A stretch of DNA of 64,000 bases from Camelus ferus (Eukaryota), in NCBI RefSeq assembly GCF_009834535.1, contig NC_045697.1:36024001-36088000 (forward strand). Reading direction: 5' to 3'. Shown piece after piece: positions 13,177-24,246 of this stretch. The translations under genes and the position numbers were made by a program. The notes under the pieces were generated by a model. That model saw only the letters and a program-made list of their open reading frames with translations. It was not told the DNA's origin and did no database searches. The first letter of the stretch is position 1, and every line of letters begins with the position of its first letter.

Positions 13177-15268
13177 GAAGTAATGATGACTTCTGCCTCA
13201 TAGGACCGTCACGAAGGTAAAGGAGATTTTTGTTTGCTAAATCCCTAATCCACAGCCTGGAATAAAACAAGCCTTTAATGTTTATCAATTCTCCTGTCCC
13301 TTCCCCGTCCTTTTTATTAATTCTATGAATTTCCAAGAAGGGGTAACTCTCAGTATCATCCTCTGAGGCTGGGTGCGGTGGAGGTGGCCTATTTGCTAGA
13401 TGTTTGGAATTTCAAGAGCTTTTCTCCTCTTTCTTTCATTTCTGGTTCTTAAAGCACAGCCAGATCATTTAGACCTAAAATAAGAATACCAAATTCAGCC
13501 TTTGTGCTTCAGACAGGAAAATCATAGGCTTGGTTCTGGCTCATGGTACTGAAAATCAAGAAGTTAAAATGATTCAAAGCAAAATTCCTCTTGACAACTT
13601 TTATCATGTCTGTGTGTGTAAAAAGCAATTAAACAAAAACTTTAGACTACATAATAATTTTACCATGTAAGCATGGTCGAATTACAGGCTTTTTTGGTGG
13701 GGTAGGGGTTTAAAAGTACATGGTTACCTGTAATTATAGTCTTACTAAATTTGATTTTATAGAACAGCAAAATTCAAGTTTGATTTAAACCATGCAGAAA
13801 AACAGAGTGCATTTTGGATGTACTCTTTTCCCTTCTGACTCAAATGGCTGAATTTCTTTCCTTCTTGTGACCTCCCTAGAAGTCAGCCTTTCATTACGTT
13901 TCTTGTTAAGGTGTGTGTCTTGCTAATCACATTGTCTGTCCTAGAAGACTTGCTGCCAAGCAATTTGAGATTGCTCTTCTATTTCTCCCTTGAATTCTTG
14001 AAAACACCTAAACTGTGATAGGCCAGAGGGTTCATCTCAGCATCTGAGCTGGGTCAGAATCATAAATTCTGTTACATATCTGGTCAGTTAAGTCAAGGTT
14101 GGAAGGGGGAGTCAAACTAGATGCCTGACGTGTAGATAAGGAAATTGGTTTACTTTCCTTTTACGTTTCAACCTTTAATGTGGGTGTGGACCCAATACCA
14201 CAGTGTTTGTTGTCTTATGCCTCTTGGATAAAAGCTTCTGGAACATTTGGGGGCCCACAAGGTTAGAAGGGTGGGGGGAGAGGCGGAGAGATGAGGGGAT
14301 GGGGAGGTGGTCAGCCTGAGTGTCTGGTGACATTCTGCAGTCAGTTCCAGCTTATGGAATGTTGCTTGGATGGAGAATTCAGCCTACCATTGAAGATGTC
14401 TTTCCTTGGCAAGAATGTAAGGGGCTGGAGCTTGGGATTTTATGAGCACAAATTGACATCAAGTCACTTAACTAATCTTGCCATTCCTCCTGACTAGAGA
14501 CTAAGTGCAGACTAAGGTCCAGTTTCTGCCTCCCAATCCAATCAGTATCCAGAGACAGCTGGGCTGTTTCTTTCCTTTTCGCAGCTCTTGGAGGAAGAAG
14601 TGCGACTGTGTGTGAGGAGCTAGAAAGCTTGTTCTATAATTACTTCTTGATTTGCCGCTGGGTGTGCTGTACATACACCCGACCGTTTGCGTGTTCACGT
14701 GAGCTTGTCAGAGGGCGGGTGTCGGTGAGTGCCACCCTGCTGACAAGAGCTAGAGCAAAAGGGGTGACATTATTTCCCCCCCAAAGTCAAAGTCACATTT
14801 CGGGGGAGTGGGTAGGGGTCTTTGTTACTGATCGCCATTGTGGCCAAATCTATGATCCGGGATGGCACTCCGGATGCAACCAAGTCAGTGCAATCACGCC
14901 CCAAATTAAGGAGCCGGCCACCCGGACGGGCGACCCTGAGCGCTCACACCCTAGAGGCGCTGGCCTCCTGGGCGCGGTTCCCTGAGGGTGGGCAGGGCGG
15001 GGCTGACAGGTCAGTAGGCTGCAGGGAGTAGGCGGACGGGCTGGGCATCCAGGCCGGTGCAGATGCCTGCGAATGCTAACGGGGGGCCGAGGCCGCGCCC
15101 TCCCGGGCAGGCAGGCGGACAAGGCCGGCAGGCTTCCCTGACGGCTGCTCCCGGACCGCGCCCCGTTTCCTGGAACACGAGGCGCCCACAACCCCGGAGC
15201 CACAGCATCTGCCCCGTGCCGGCGCAGCAGCTGCCCTCCCAAGCGCCCGCCATTGGCTGCGCGGTCGG

Positions 15269-15376
15269 CTCCGGCCCACACGTTGCCCACCTCCTGGGTC
15301 GGCTGCCCCATTATCCTCGCGCCTCCGGCCCACACGTTGCCCACCTCCTGGGTCGGCTGCCCCATTATCCTCGCGC
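15269..15376. repeat. Perfect 54-bp tandem duplication (2 copies) in the RASL11B promoter
   Basis: CTCCGGCCCACACGTTGCCCACCTCCTGGGTCGGCTGCCCCATTATCCTCGCGC at 15269-15322 and 15323-15376, identical. Confidence 0.97.
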
Positions 15377-15713
15377 CTCACGGGGCCCAGCGCTGGCTCC
15401 GGGCGACCCCAGTGGCGCGGCGCGCGCTGGTGGCGCCGGGGGCGGGGCCTTGCTCAGGGCGCCTCAGGATTGGCCGCGGGAGGCATGGGGCGGGGCCAGC
15501 CCCAGAGAAAACAGCGCGCGCGCAGCCCGGTGCTGTCCCAGCCGGGAGCCTGAGACCTTACGAGCTGCTCGCCGCGCGCGCTCCAGGGCATTTTTTTTTT
15601 TTTTTTTAACGGCGGAGCCCTCTGCCGGGTCCAACTGCCCTCTCCCGCGCAGTGCAAGCCTCTCCCGTCGCTCTGGTCCCGTCCCTCGCGGTGCAGCCCC
15701 GGCCGAAGCGGCG

Positions 15714-15855
15714 ATGCGCCTCATTCAGAACATGTGCACCATCGCCGAGTACCCCGCCCCGGGCAGCGCAGCCGCCGCCGATTGCTGCCTGGGGGCGGCG
15801 GGCCGTCGCCTGGTCAAGATCGCCGTGGTGGGGGCCAGCGGTGTGGGTAAGACCG
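15714..15855 (+). CDS. RASL11B: RASL11B coding exon 1 ([17 protein letters not shown]...[13 protein letters not shown]; contains G1/P-loop)
   Basis: ATG at 15714 in a CpG island. The N-terminus matches the RASL11B sequence I recall. GxxxxGKT motif present. Donor CCG|GTAAGT; 142 nt, phase 1. Confidence 0.96.
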
Positions 15856-16502
15856 GTAAGTTCTTGAGCTCCGGCGAGAACCTGCTTATCTCCGGGGCTA
15901 GAGTTGGGCGGCCTCCTCTGGAAGTTGTGGTTAAATGAGGCATGGGGGAGAAATGAGAGCTGCAACTGGACCGCCCACCCTCTTCCATTGATCCGCTGTC
16001 CCTCGGGTGGGACCCTAGCCGTCATCGTTTCCAACCCTCTCCTTCATCAGATGAGGGAAACAAACTGTGGTCCTGAATGGCCAGTCGACCCTCTACACCA
16101 TCCGCACAACTGAGATTCGAATTTTCGGGTTCTTGAGCCTCTGACAGTGCAGCACACCGAAAGAGGAGTTAGTGAACGTAACCCCCCCCTGGAGATCTTT
16201 AAGGTTAGGAAAGACATTTGTCTGCGGGAAGGGTTAGGTGTGGCTCGGCCGGGCTCAAAGGATGGGGGTGGGCCAAATGACCCTTCCAGCTGGACATAGC
16301 CATAATTCATGATGCCTTCTGGCCCCCTCTCCGTTGTGTCTGGAAGAAGGGTCAAGGAGCTAGCTGCACGGTAGGAATTTCACTTGGTGGCCGACTGGCT
16401 TTCTAGGAGAGAGTTATTTTTCAGGCTGGGGGTGGGGTGAAGACCAATCTAGCTTCTTGTGCCAAGGTTAACCCTCTTCCCTTTCTCTTTTCTGACCTGC
16501 AG

Positions 16503-16559
16503 CTCTGGTGGTCCGGTTCCTCACCAAACGATTCATCGGTGACTACGAAAGGAATGCAG
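16503..16559 (+). CDS. RASL11B: RASL11B coding exon 2 (ALVVRFLTKRFIGDYERNA; switch I region)
   Basis: Pyrimidine tract plus CTGCAG acceptor; donor CAG|GTGAGG; 57 nt; frame continues from exon 1. Confidence 0.96.
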
Positions 16560-17709
16560 GTGAGGAAATGTATTTGAAGAAAATGCTGTCAGCTTGCACC
16601 AGTACTGCTGTTCCCATTTTTTTAGTGTCTACCAGGCAGGTTCTTCAGAGTGACAGTCTGAGCACCAGGATCCTGCCACTTCCAACTTTGCTTGCCCTCT
16701 CCCGTGCTCCCCGCACCCCCCCCCCCACCTGCCATCTGGCCTCATTCCATTCCAAGCCCATTCATCATTTTATCAAGTGCCTGAAAGTATTCCTCTTGGT
16801 ATGTTTTAACTATAGGGACCCCGGTTGGAAGCACCCTTTGTACTCAAGAGCCTCTCCCTTCAAAACACTCCTGCAAAAGTCATAAAAAAAAAAAAAGATG
16901 GCTGGCTCCTCCCCCCCCACCAGTCACCCTCTCTGCTGGCTGCCTTTCAGAGATGACCTTTTAATGCAAAGGCCAAAGGAGAGGAGTTGTAAACCTAACA
17001 TTCTCTTTTCTTAACAAAGAAAAATAACTAGATGGTAAAATTTTAGGGGGAGAGTTCCTGCATAAATGAGAGGCCACTATTTTTCAATCCCTGTGATTAA
17101 GAATATCCACTGGGAAGACATAAGGGCTTTCTGCCTATGTTCTGTTAGCAAATTATTTAATTCCTTAGGCCACATGAAGTACCTACAGGGGATTATTTGA
17201 AATGCACTATATAAACCATCCCAAGATAAGGTTTTGCTTTGATGTAGAGTTGGCTATGTTATGTCACATTTTTATTCCAGCTGACAATGTTGGCCTTGCA
17301 ATCACTAACAATATTTGCCCACCAAGCCATTATATCTAATGGCTAAAATAGAAATTTATGCCAAAGAGCGACAAGTACTAAAATAAAACAGAAACCCTAC
17401 ACATGCTGAACAAGAACATTTTTTCGAGGAAATTCTCTAAACATGGAAGCTTGGTTTAAAATTAGACAACTAAGTTTCCAAAAACTTACAAGTTTTATCC
17501 TAGTTTTAATAAATCTGCTAATATGGGGTAAAAATTGCATTTGTTTGAAAATAAAATCTGAAATAAGCCCATTAAATAGAATAAACTATAGCTTATTTTT
17601 GTGTACTGGTTCAGGTTATATTTTCTAAGTTAAAAAAAATCCCACAATATTTTAAAAGTAACAAGAAAGAAGAACATAATTTTTTTTTTTTTTTTTTTTG
17701 CCTTCACAG

Positions 17710-17786
17710 GTAATCTCTATACAAGACAAGTCCAAATAGAGGGTGAAACCTTGGCTATTCAGGTTCAAGACACTCCAGGTATTCAG
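17710..17786 (+). CDS. RASL11B: RASL11B coding exon 3 ([27 protein letters not shown]3 DTPG)
   Basis: T20 tract (17680-17699) plus CACAG acceptor; donor CAG|GTGAGA; 77 nt; restores phase 0. Confidence 0.96.
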
Positions 17787-18197
17787 GTGAGAAGCTCTGA
17801 GACATGCGTCTAGGTCAAGGGGAGTCTACTTGGTCGTGGAATTGTTCAGTTGTTTTCAAAGTACCTCATGCTGAAGGAGGAGAGAAACTTGGGGAGTCAA
17901 GTCCAGGCTTTTATCTGTTGTTTGACACTTCAGTCGTATGTGACTGTTGGTCAGTCTTAGCCTGGCTTAATTTGGGAGATTTGGCCACGGGGCAGAAATC
18001 TTCTCTTAGGAGGATTCTACACAGCAGAGAGACCAAACCAGACACACTTGGAATTGGCAAAATGCCCTTGCTATGGTTAAAAAGGTCAGTTTTTACATTT
18101 GTGCTTTTGGCATTTGAAGCCAAACATCTAGGTATAGTCTCCAAACACTTGGAATCACTTTTATATTGTGGAAAGTTACTCTAGACAAAGAGCCATG

Positions 18198-18200
<3 letters not shown>

Positions 18201-18228
<28 letters not shown>
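18201..18228. repeat. (GT)14 microsatellite in RASL11B intron 3
   Basis: Read directly. Confidence 0.95.
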
Positions 18229-18587
18229 TTCCCTCTGGAACTGGGCAGTTATCCAGGTTTAAATGCTTCCAGCTCCTATCTTTACTTCCCCAGACTTACT
18301 GTCTAGCCAGTTAATTTCCCATTTTGTGCAACTACAAAGTCGCTCTGCATGGAGTTCTCTGCAGGTCAGTTTTCCACTTGAGTGTGGTGAGCTGCTCTGT
18401 TATTTATTCCAACTCCGTGCAGCTGGATCAACATATTGTCAAGAAAGCTGAAGTGTGGGGGGATAGAACTTGTTTATGGCCTGCAACCTGGCGTTCCTGT
18501 TAAGGGCTCTTTTGAGTTCTCTCTCCAGCCAGGCCAGGGCTCTCTCCAGCCCTCGCCCTTCACCTTGGCATCAACCCTCCCTTTCAG

Positions 18588-19058
18588 GTCCACGAGAACG
18601 GCCTGAGCTGCACCGAACAGCTGAATAGGTGCATCCGCTGGGCCGACGCCGTGGTGATTGTCTTCTCCATCACCGACTACAAGAGCTATGAACTCACCAG
18701 CCAGCTCCACCAGCACGTGCAGCAGCTGCACCTGGGCACCCGGCTCCCCGTGGTGGTTGTGGCCAACAAAGCTGACCTGCTGCACATCAAGCAGGTGGAC
18801 CCTCAGCTCGGACTGCAGCTGGCCAGCATGCTGGGCTGCTCCTTCTATGAAGTGTCCGTCAGCGAGAACGACAACGACGTCTACAATGCTTTCCACGTCC
18901 TGTGCAAAGAAGTGAGTCACAAACAGCAGCCCAGCAGCACGCCGGAGAAGCGACGGACCTCCCTCATCCCCAGGCCCAAGTCCCCCAACATGCAGGACCT
19001 CAAGAGGAGGTTCAAGCAAGCCCTCTCCGCCAAAGTCAGGACCGTCACCTCCGTCTGA
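18588..19058 (+). CDS. RASL11B: RASL11B coding exon 4 (VHENG...NKAD...EVSVSEN...KVRTVTSV*)
   Basis: CTTTCAG acceptor; G4 NKAD and G5-like EVSV; TGA at 19056-19058. Exons sum to 142+57+77+471=747 nt = 248 aa plus stop. Confidence 0.97.
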   Translation, partial: VHENGLSCTEQLNRCIRWADAVVIVFSITDYKSYELTSQLHQHVQQLHLGTRLPVVVVANKADLLHIKQVDPQLGLQLASMLGCSFYEVSVSENDNDVYNAFHVLCKEVSHKQQPSSTPEKRRTSLIPRPKSPNMQDLKRRFKQALSAKVRTVTSV

Positions 19059-20090
19059 GGCAGGGGCGCTTAAGGGGGTTTGGTTTTCCCAGGAAGAGGC
19101 CTGAGGTTCTTCCAGAGCGGGAACATTGGATGCTGGCAGTTATTCATGGTTCCAGAAAGGGCTGAAGCGGAGAAGCTAGGAGAGCCAGGAGGGCCAATGG
19201 AACTGCTGCAGGAGAGGAAGCGTTGTCTTGAGCAGGGGGACAGAATTGAAGGGCTTGAACGAGCCCACTGAGCCAGCCCCTGAATATGTGACATGTCTTC
19301 CACATCTTTCCTTTGCAGTGGGGAGGGGGCACGATGGCTTCAGATTTTGTTAACTACCTTGTAAATGATGGTCAGTTGTAGATTCACCAGATATATTGAT
19401 GTGATTTACAATGGGAATGAAAGAACAGTTAAGCATTCACAGGCTTTCTTCTTTTTTTTTTTTTTTTTTCTTCTTTTTTTTTCCTTCCTCTCTCAAGTGG
19501 AAGAATTGCTTTTCTCATCCAAGTATGATGTGTGTGTCTGGAATACTTTTCCTTACAGAATGCCTTTCTAACCTGAAGGATACCTAGATTTCTTTGTTAA
19601 AGAATAAGGAGGAAGATACTACCCCAATCCCTAAAAAGGGTAGAGTTTATGGGCCAAATGTTATATATACAGACATGTGTAAGCTTATGGGCCTGCAGGA
19701 AGGTGCCGTTTCCTCTCGTCCCGGGATGAGTCTCGGAGTGGGGGATGTGTTGAGTGGTTGAGAATTCAAACTCTTCAGCCTCAGACTTTGAGTAATTGTG
19801 AGACTGTATAGTTTTCTTTTAACTGTTGTATCAGGTATAGAAAAACAAAATGTGTCCATTGATTTTGATGTGATTTGTGTAAATAGCTCCCAGCAATGAC
19901 ATTGGGTTGTTTCTCCACTTGGCCGAGTTGTAGCTTACAGACGGAAACACTATCTTACAGCGAGTGAACAGATGTGGGGGCAACCGCCAAATCCCCTACA
20001 CGGATGCACTTTAAAAAGCCACTCATGCTTTGGCTTTAACTGTAATTAATTTATTTTATGTACAATAAATCTCATTTGAAAAGAGCAGAC
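19059..20090 (+). other. RASL11B: RASL11B 3'UTR (end approximate)
   Basis: Runs from the stop codon to just past AATAAA at 20064; T-rich tract at about 19445-19490. Confidence 0.75.
20064..20069 (+). terminator. RASL11B: RASL11B polyadenylation signal AATAAA
   Basis: AATAAA about 1 kb after the stop, preceded by TGTA elements and an AT-rich stretch; repeats begin shortly downstream. Confidence 0.8.
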
Positions 20091-20149
20091 ATCTGACTTG
20101 GTCCTGATTGAGACATTCACCTTCTGTCCTTCAGACACAGTATTTCTCA

Positions 20150-20340
20150 GCACCTTGTATTTCTTGAGCACGTCGAGTCAGGCATGATGCCTTCCTAGGA
20201 CTAGCTGTTAAGTCTCACAACAAACCAGTGAGGTGCTTTCTATTATCATCCTCATTTTACAGATGAGGACACAGTCGTGAAAACAAGTGAAATAACTTGT
20301 CAGAAGTCCCAGCCTGTGAGTGTTATAAGCTGCAATTTGT
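20150..20340 (-). mobile_element. MIR SINE
   Basis: CATCCTCATTTTACAGATGAGGACAC core. Confidence 0.7.
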
Positions 20341-20371
20341 CTGCTGCTTTATAGTCACAAGTAGCTCATCT

Positions 20372-20445
20372 GGGTGGGGAGTGTAGCTCAGTGCACAAGG
20401 TCCTGGGTTCAATCCCCAGTGCCTCCGTTAAGGGCGGGGAAAAAG
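20372..20445 (+). mobile_element. tRNA-derived SINE (Vic-1-like), internally deleted
   Basis: GTGTAGCTCAGTG is fused to CACAAGGTCCTGGGTTCAATCCCCAGTGCCTCC; box A/B remnants and A-rich tail. Confidence 0.8.
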
Positions 20446-22051
20446 ACTAACACATCTATTCATTTCCCTCATGATCCTCCAGGTAAACCTAAGACAGATG
20501 TCTGGTTCTTTGTTTTATGCTGATATGAGATCTCTTGGCGAAGCCGTTTGAAGACCACGTTTCTCCACAAGACGATTGCTTCTCGATACGGGCTCTATTT
20601 GGCAAATAATCTTTGGGTATGCTGCTTTCAAAAAGTGTACTTTGTTCTCCTTTTGTAGAAGCTCATAGCTGTTGATCTGGGGCTGTTTGGGAACCCCTCC
20701 CATGAAGCTCCTGCCCCAAGTGTAAATGTGAAGACTCCTGGGCCTCTCGTCTGCTTCCTTTGGGCCTGGGAGACCCTTCATACAGGCGAAGTGAGTCACC
20801 ACCCTTATGGGCAAATAATCACACCTTACATTTGTTTGAATAGTGCTTTCACATACCTGACGTCATTTCATCCTCAGGACAACCCAGTGAGGATGGTGGG
20901 GGAGGTAACACCACCATTTCACAGATGAGAAAAACAGGCTCTGGGTTTTGAGAGATATCTTCAAGTTCACACAAAGGGCATGAATCAATGGCTTCCGACT
21001 ATATTTGGTGTTCTTAGTCCTTTATAATAGCTCATATATAGGCTACTGCTGCCTACGTGGGGCCATGCAGCCAAAGGAAACGGCCATAATGAATAGTTAT
21101 TGAGGGCCTATTATGGGACGGTGTCAGACTTTCAAATCTGTTTTCCCACGGGGTAAATGCCCTGTTTGCTCTTGACAGGCCTTCTGGTGATGTTCCAGAC
21201 CTTCCTTACACAGAGGGCAATTTTCTACCTCCAAGCCTAACCTAACCTCTGAGAATGGGCTATGTGTTGGGGGCAGGGAGGGAATGGTGCTAACATGAGA
21301 TGCTAACAACATTTCATTCCAAAGGCAGTGACAAGGATCTCCAACTAGATTCTGCTTGTGTTGGTTTTTATTCATGCTACATGGTTGTATTAGTAATGTC
21401 CAGTGAGTGAGAGGTTCATCTTGAGATACTGAACAATGGTCTTCTGCTCATGTTCTGGGATTAAAGAAGGTAACTTTTCTGGGGGCTTCATCTTGCAAAG
21501 GTGATGAGCAGCACAGGACATCCATTTCTGAGTGACACACTGCTTCCTCCCTCCCCTTTCCACCTGCACCAGGAGTCTGCAGAATCCCCACCCCCACCAA
21601 AGCCTCTCCTCCTCCCTTGCAAGCTGCCCTTACTGACCCCCTGGTGCCTCTCAGTCACCCCCCACTCCCCCACGGTCTCTCATACTTCATCTTAGGAGTC
21701 TGGGCTGGGATGGTCTCAGAGCCCTAGTGCTCCCGGCCTCCCCCCGGGATAAAGTGCTTTATTGGAGGCCACTCTGGGAGAGAGAGAGACTCCCAGCTGG
21801 AAACCACCCAAGTCCCAGTTCAGTCCACTGTCCCAGGCTGACTTGACTATTTATAGTTCTAGAATACACCACGTTTTCTTCTCTTCTCATGAATTTAGCT
21901 TCATAATTTCATGACTTTTGTTCATCTCTTTCATTACATCTCTTAATCCCTCTCTTTTAAATTTCTGAACTACAATCATAGGGCCTGAAAAATGGTCCCC
22001 TCCCACCTAGGTAGGGAACGCCTCCTTTGCCACCTGGGTAAGGGAAGGGAG

Positions 22052-22053
<2 letters not shown>

Positions 22054-22093
<40 letters not shown>
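22054..22093. repeat. (GT)20 microsatellite
   Basis: Read directly. Confidence 0.95.
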
Positions 22094-22097
<4 letters not shown>

Positions 22098-24246
22098 TTG
22101 TTGAGGAGGGCAGGGGAGTAGATAAAGGAATCAGAATTTATTGAGCATTTACAATGTTCAATTATAATTTAATTTATATTATAGATTATAATTTACCTCC
22201 TTTAATCTTTTGAAGAAAGGAAGGTAATACTACCACTTCCAGTTTAAAGATGAGAAAACTAAGGCTCAGAGAGAGTTCACACAGGCAGTAACAATCACTG
22301 TCTTTTGACTGAAAACCTACATGCCAGGCACTATAGGGGGTGTTTGAAGTAACTTCCATTCTCCACACCAAACCCACAATCCATCTTTAGTTCCTTCTAC
22401 AGATGCAGAGAAGGGAGGCTCAGAAGGACAAAGTACTGGTCCAGCTCCTAAGTGGCAGATTCAAGACTCCACCTAGGTCTGCCTGATGCCATAGTCCAGA
22501 CGTTGGGCTTTTGGCCCACCCTTCACAGCTCTGAGTCCTCTGAGCAAAGCCCCCACATCCCCTGTCTTGCAGATGCTGGCCCTCCCTGCCCTGGCCCGTG
22601 CTCCCTGTCAGGCTTTCCTCAATTTCTCTGTTGCTGCCCTGGGCCTGGCCCCAGACCTGCCTGGCTGCCACGGCCACATCTGCTCTTGCCATCAGCCGGC
22701 CGCTCCCTGGCCTCCAGTCTCAGCTCAGTAATAAAGACGTCCAGGCTGGGGCGGGGGCCCAGCACAGCCCACAGCCCGTCTGCCTCAGCACCGGATCCTT
22801 GTCTGTCGTGATGTCTGGCTTTCGAGTTTCCTCCCTGCTGCAAATCAAAACCATCCGCACACTCTGCAGCCAGCCTGGCGCTGTGCCGTGAGCAGCGATG
22901 GCTAAAAGCCCCTGGCCGCGGGCTCCCCATCAGCTCCCCGCCACCGCCCCGCCTCCAGCCCCAGGTCCAGGAGCTGCAGGCCTATCTATAGGGAGCCCCT
23001 TGTTCTGGTGAAAAATGGGATTTCGACATTTCATTTTACACTCCGTGTGAGGGAGAAAGCAGATGTGTTTTCTGGACAAAGGCACAAACTTGTAGGCAAA
23101 TCCCTTAGGAATGAGCAGTTGGGTAACTCCTGGTCCTAGGTCTGTACCGGTGGGGGATGGGGCTGCCCTGCCGAATCTCTGCCGGTAAGTCAAGACAGGG
23201 CGCTTGGAAAAGGCCATGAAGGAATTACAGAGCTTTATTTATTACAATGAATAACCCAGGAGAACTAGAGTTTTCTGCACCCCCTTTAGAATCTAAAGAG
23301 AGAATCTTCCAGAAAGTTCTTACTGTCCTCATTACTCTCCTAATTTGATGAGAAGAGAACAGGATCAGGGTTATTACTGATTGTGGCAAGATCCCAGCAA
23401 CCATCCCCCACTCTCCCTTCTCAAATACCCTCCATCATCTGGTTTTGTCTTTTAAAACCCCTTTGAAAATAGAGATGGAGTTTCTCTTAACGTTTCTTGG
23501 GCAGCAATGGCAGGTGACATTTGTAATATTTGCTGTTGGGATTCTGTTTCTGGTAACCGGGGTTAAGTAAATAATAGTAGTCCTGCGGTGAGCTTGGTGG
23601 AATTTCTGGTTATTGGGATAACACTGTAATGGAGGGGGCCCTGGGGTACACAGAGCCATATCATAGGCCCCGGCCTTCCCTCAGGGGACACCCCTTGGCT
23701 GCCGCAGATCTCCAGGACCCCCGGTGCACTTCCACACACTTTTCAGTGACTGCTGTGTTTGCTGGGAAGCAGACTCTAAAAGGAGGCTTTACGAAAGTGG
23801 AAGTAAATTGCTAAGGAGTTTTTCGCCTCCATCAATTGTGTTTATCAAGAGTGGCCTGTGAGATCCTTAGCAGGAGGCTTACATATGTATAAGATGGTTT
23901 TGGCTCCCGCCAGCCAGGGTTTCAGCAGTAAACACTCTGACCCAGGCCGGGAGAGGAGAAACCCGCACTTACCACTCAGCTCGGCCTTTTAAGTCGGCTG
24001 CAGGTGGCTGGCCTCTGGTAGGGGGAGAATCCCTTTAGAACTGGCACATGGCTGAGGCTGAAATGGTAAGTTGGGGTCAGTCTCAGAAGCCACGTAACTA
24101 TTTTGTGGCTAACGCTAGTGATGGACAAAGTTCTATCAGGGAGTGGGCTCCGCATGGACAATCATTCGACATTAACTACCAGTAATGGTGACACTTCTTA
24201 GCCAGCTTGCCACGTGCCATGTTACAAGTGCTTTACATGTATTGTC

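Larger units (their letters stand above)
14660..16030 (+). promoter_or_regulatory. RASL11B: CpG island / RASL11B promoter and exon 1
   Basis: Very high GC and CpG density. Inverted CCAAT boxes (ATTGG) at 15252-15256 and 15469-15473. GC boxes GGGGCGGGGC at 15439-15448 and 15487-15496. Confidence 0.88.

Noticed and set aside
14901..14911. CArG box CCAAATTAAGG
   Set aside because: It has seven, not six, A/T bases between CC and GG, so it is not a consensus SRF site.
15057..15938. 293-aa ORF as a single-exon protein
   Set aside because: Only 15714-15855 is coding. The upstream part is stop-poor CpG island and the downstream part runs past the donor into intron 1.
16508..16885. 125-aa ORF MVRFLTKRF...
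   Set aside because: RASL11B exon 2 reading through its donor into intron 2.
18474..19019. 181-aa antisense ORF
   Set aside because: Antisense shadow of the GC-rich RASL11B exon 4.
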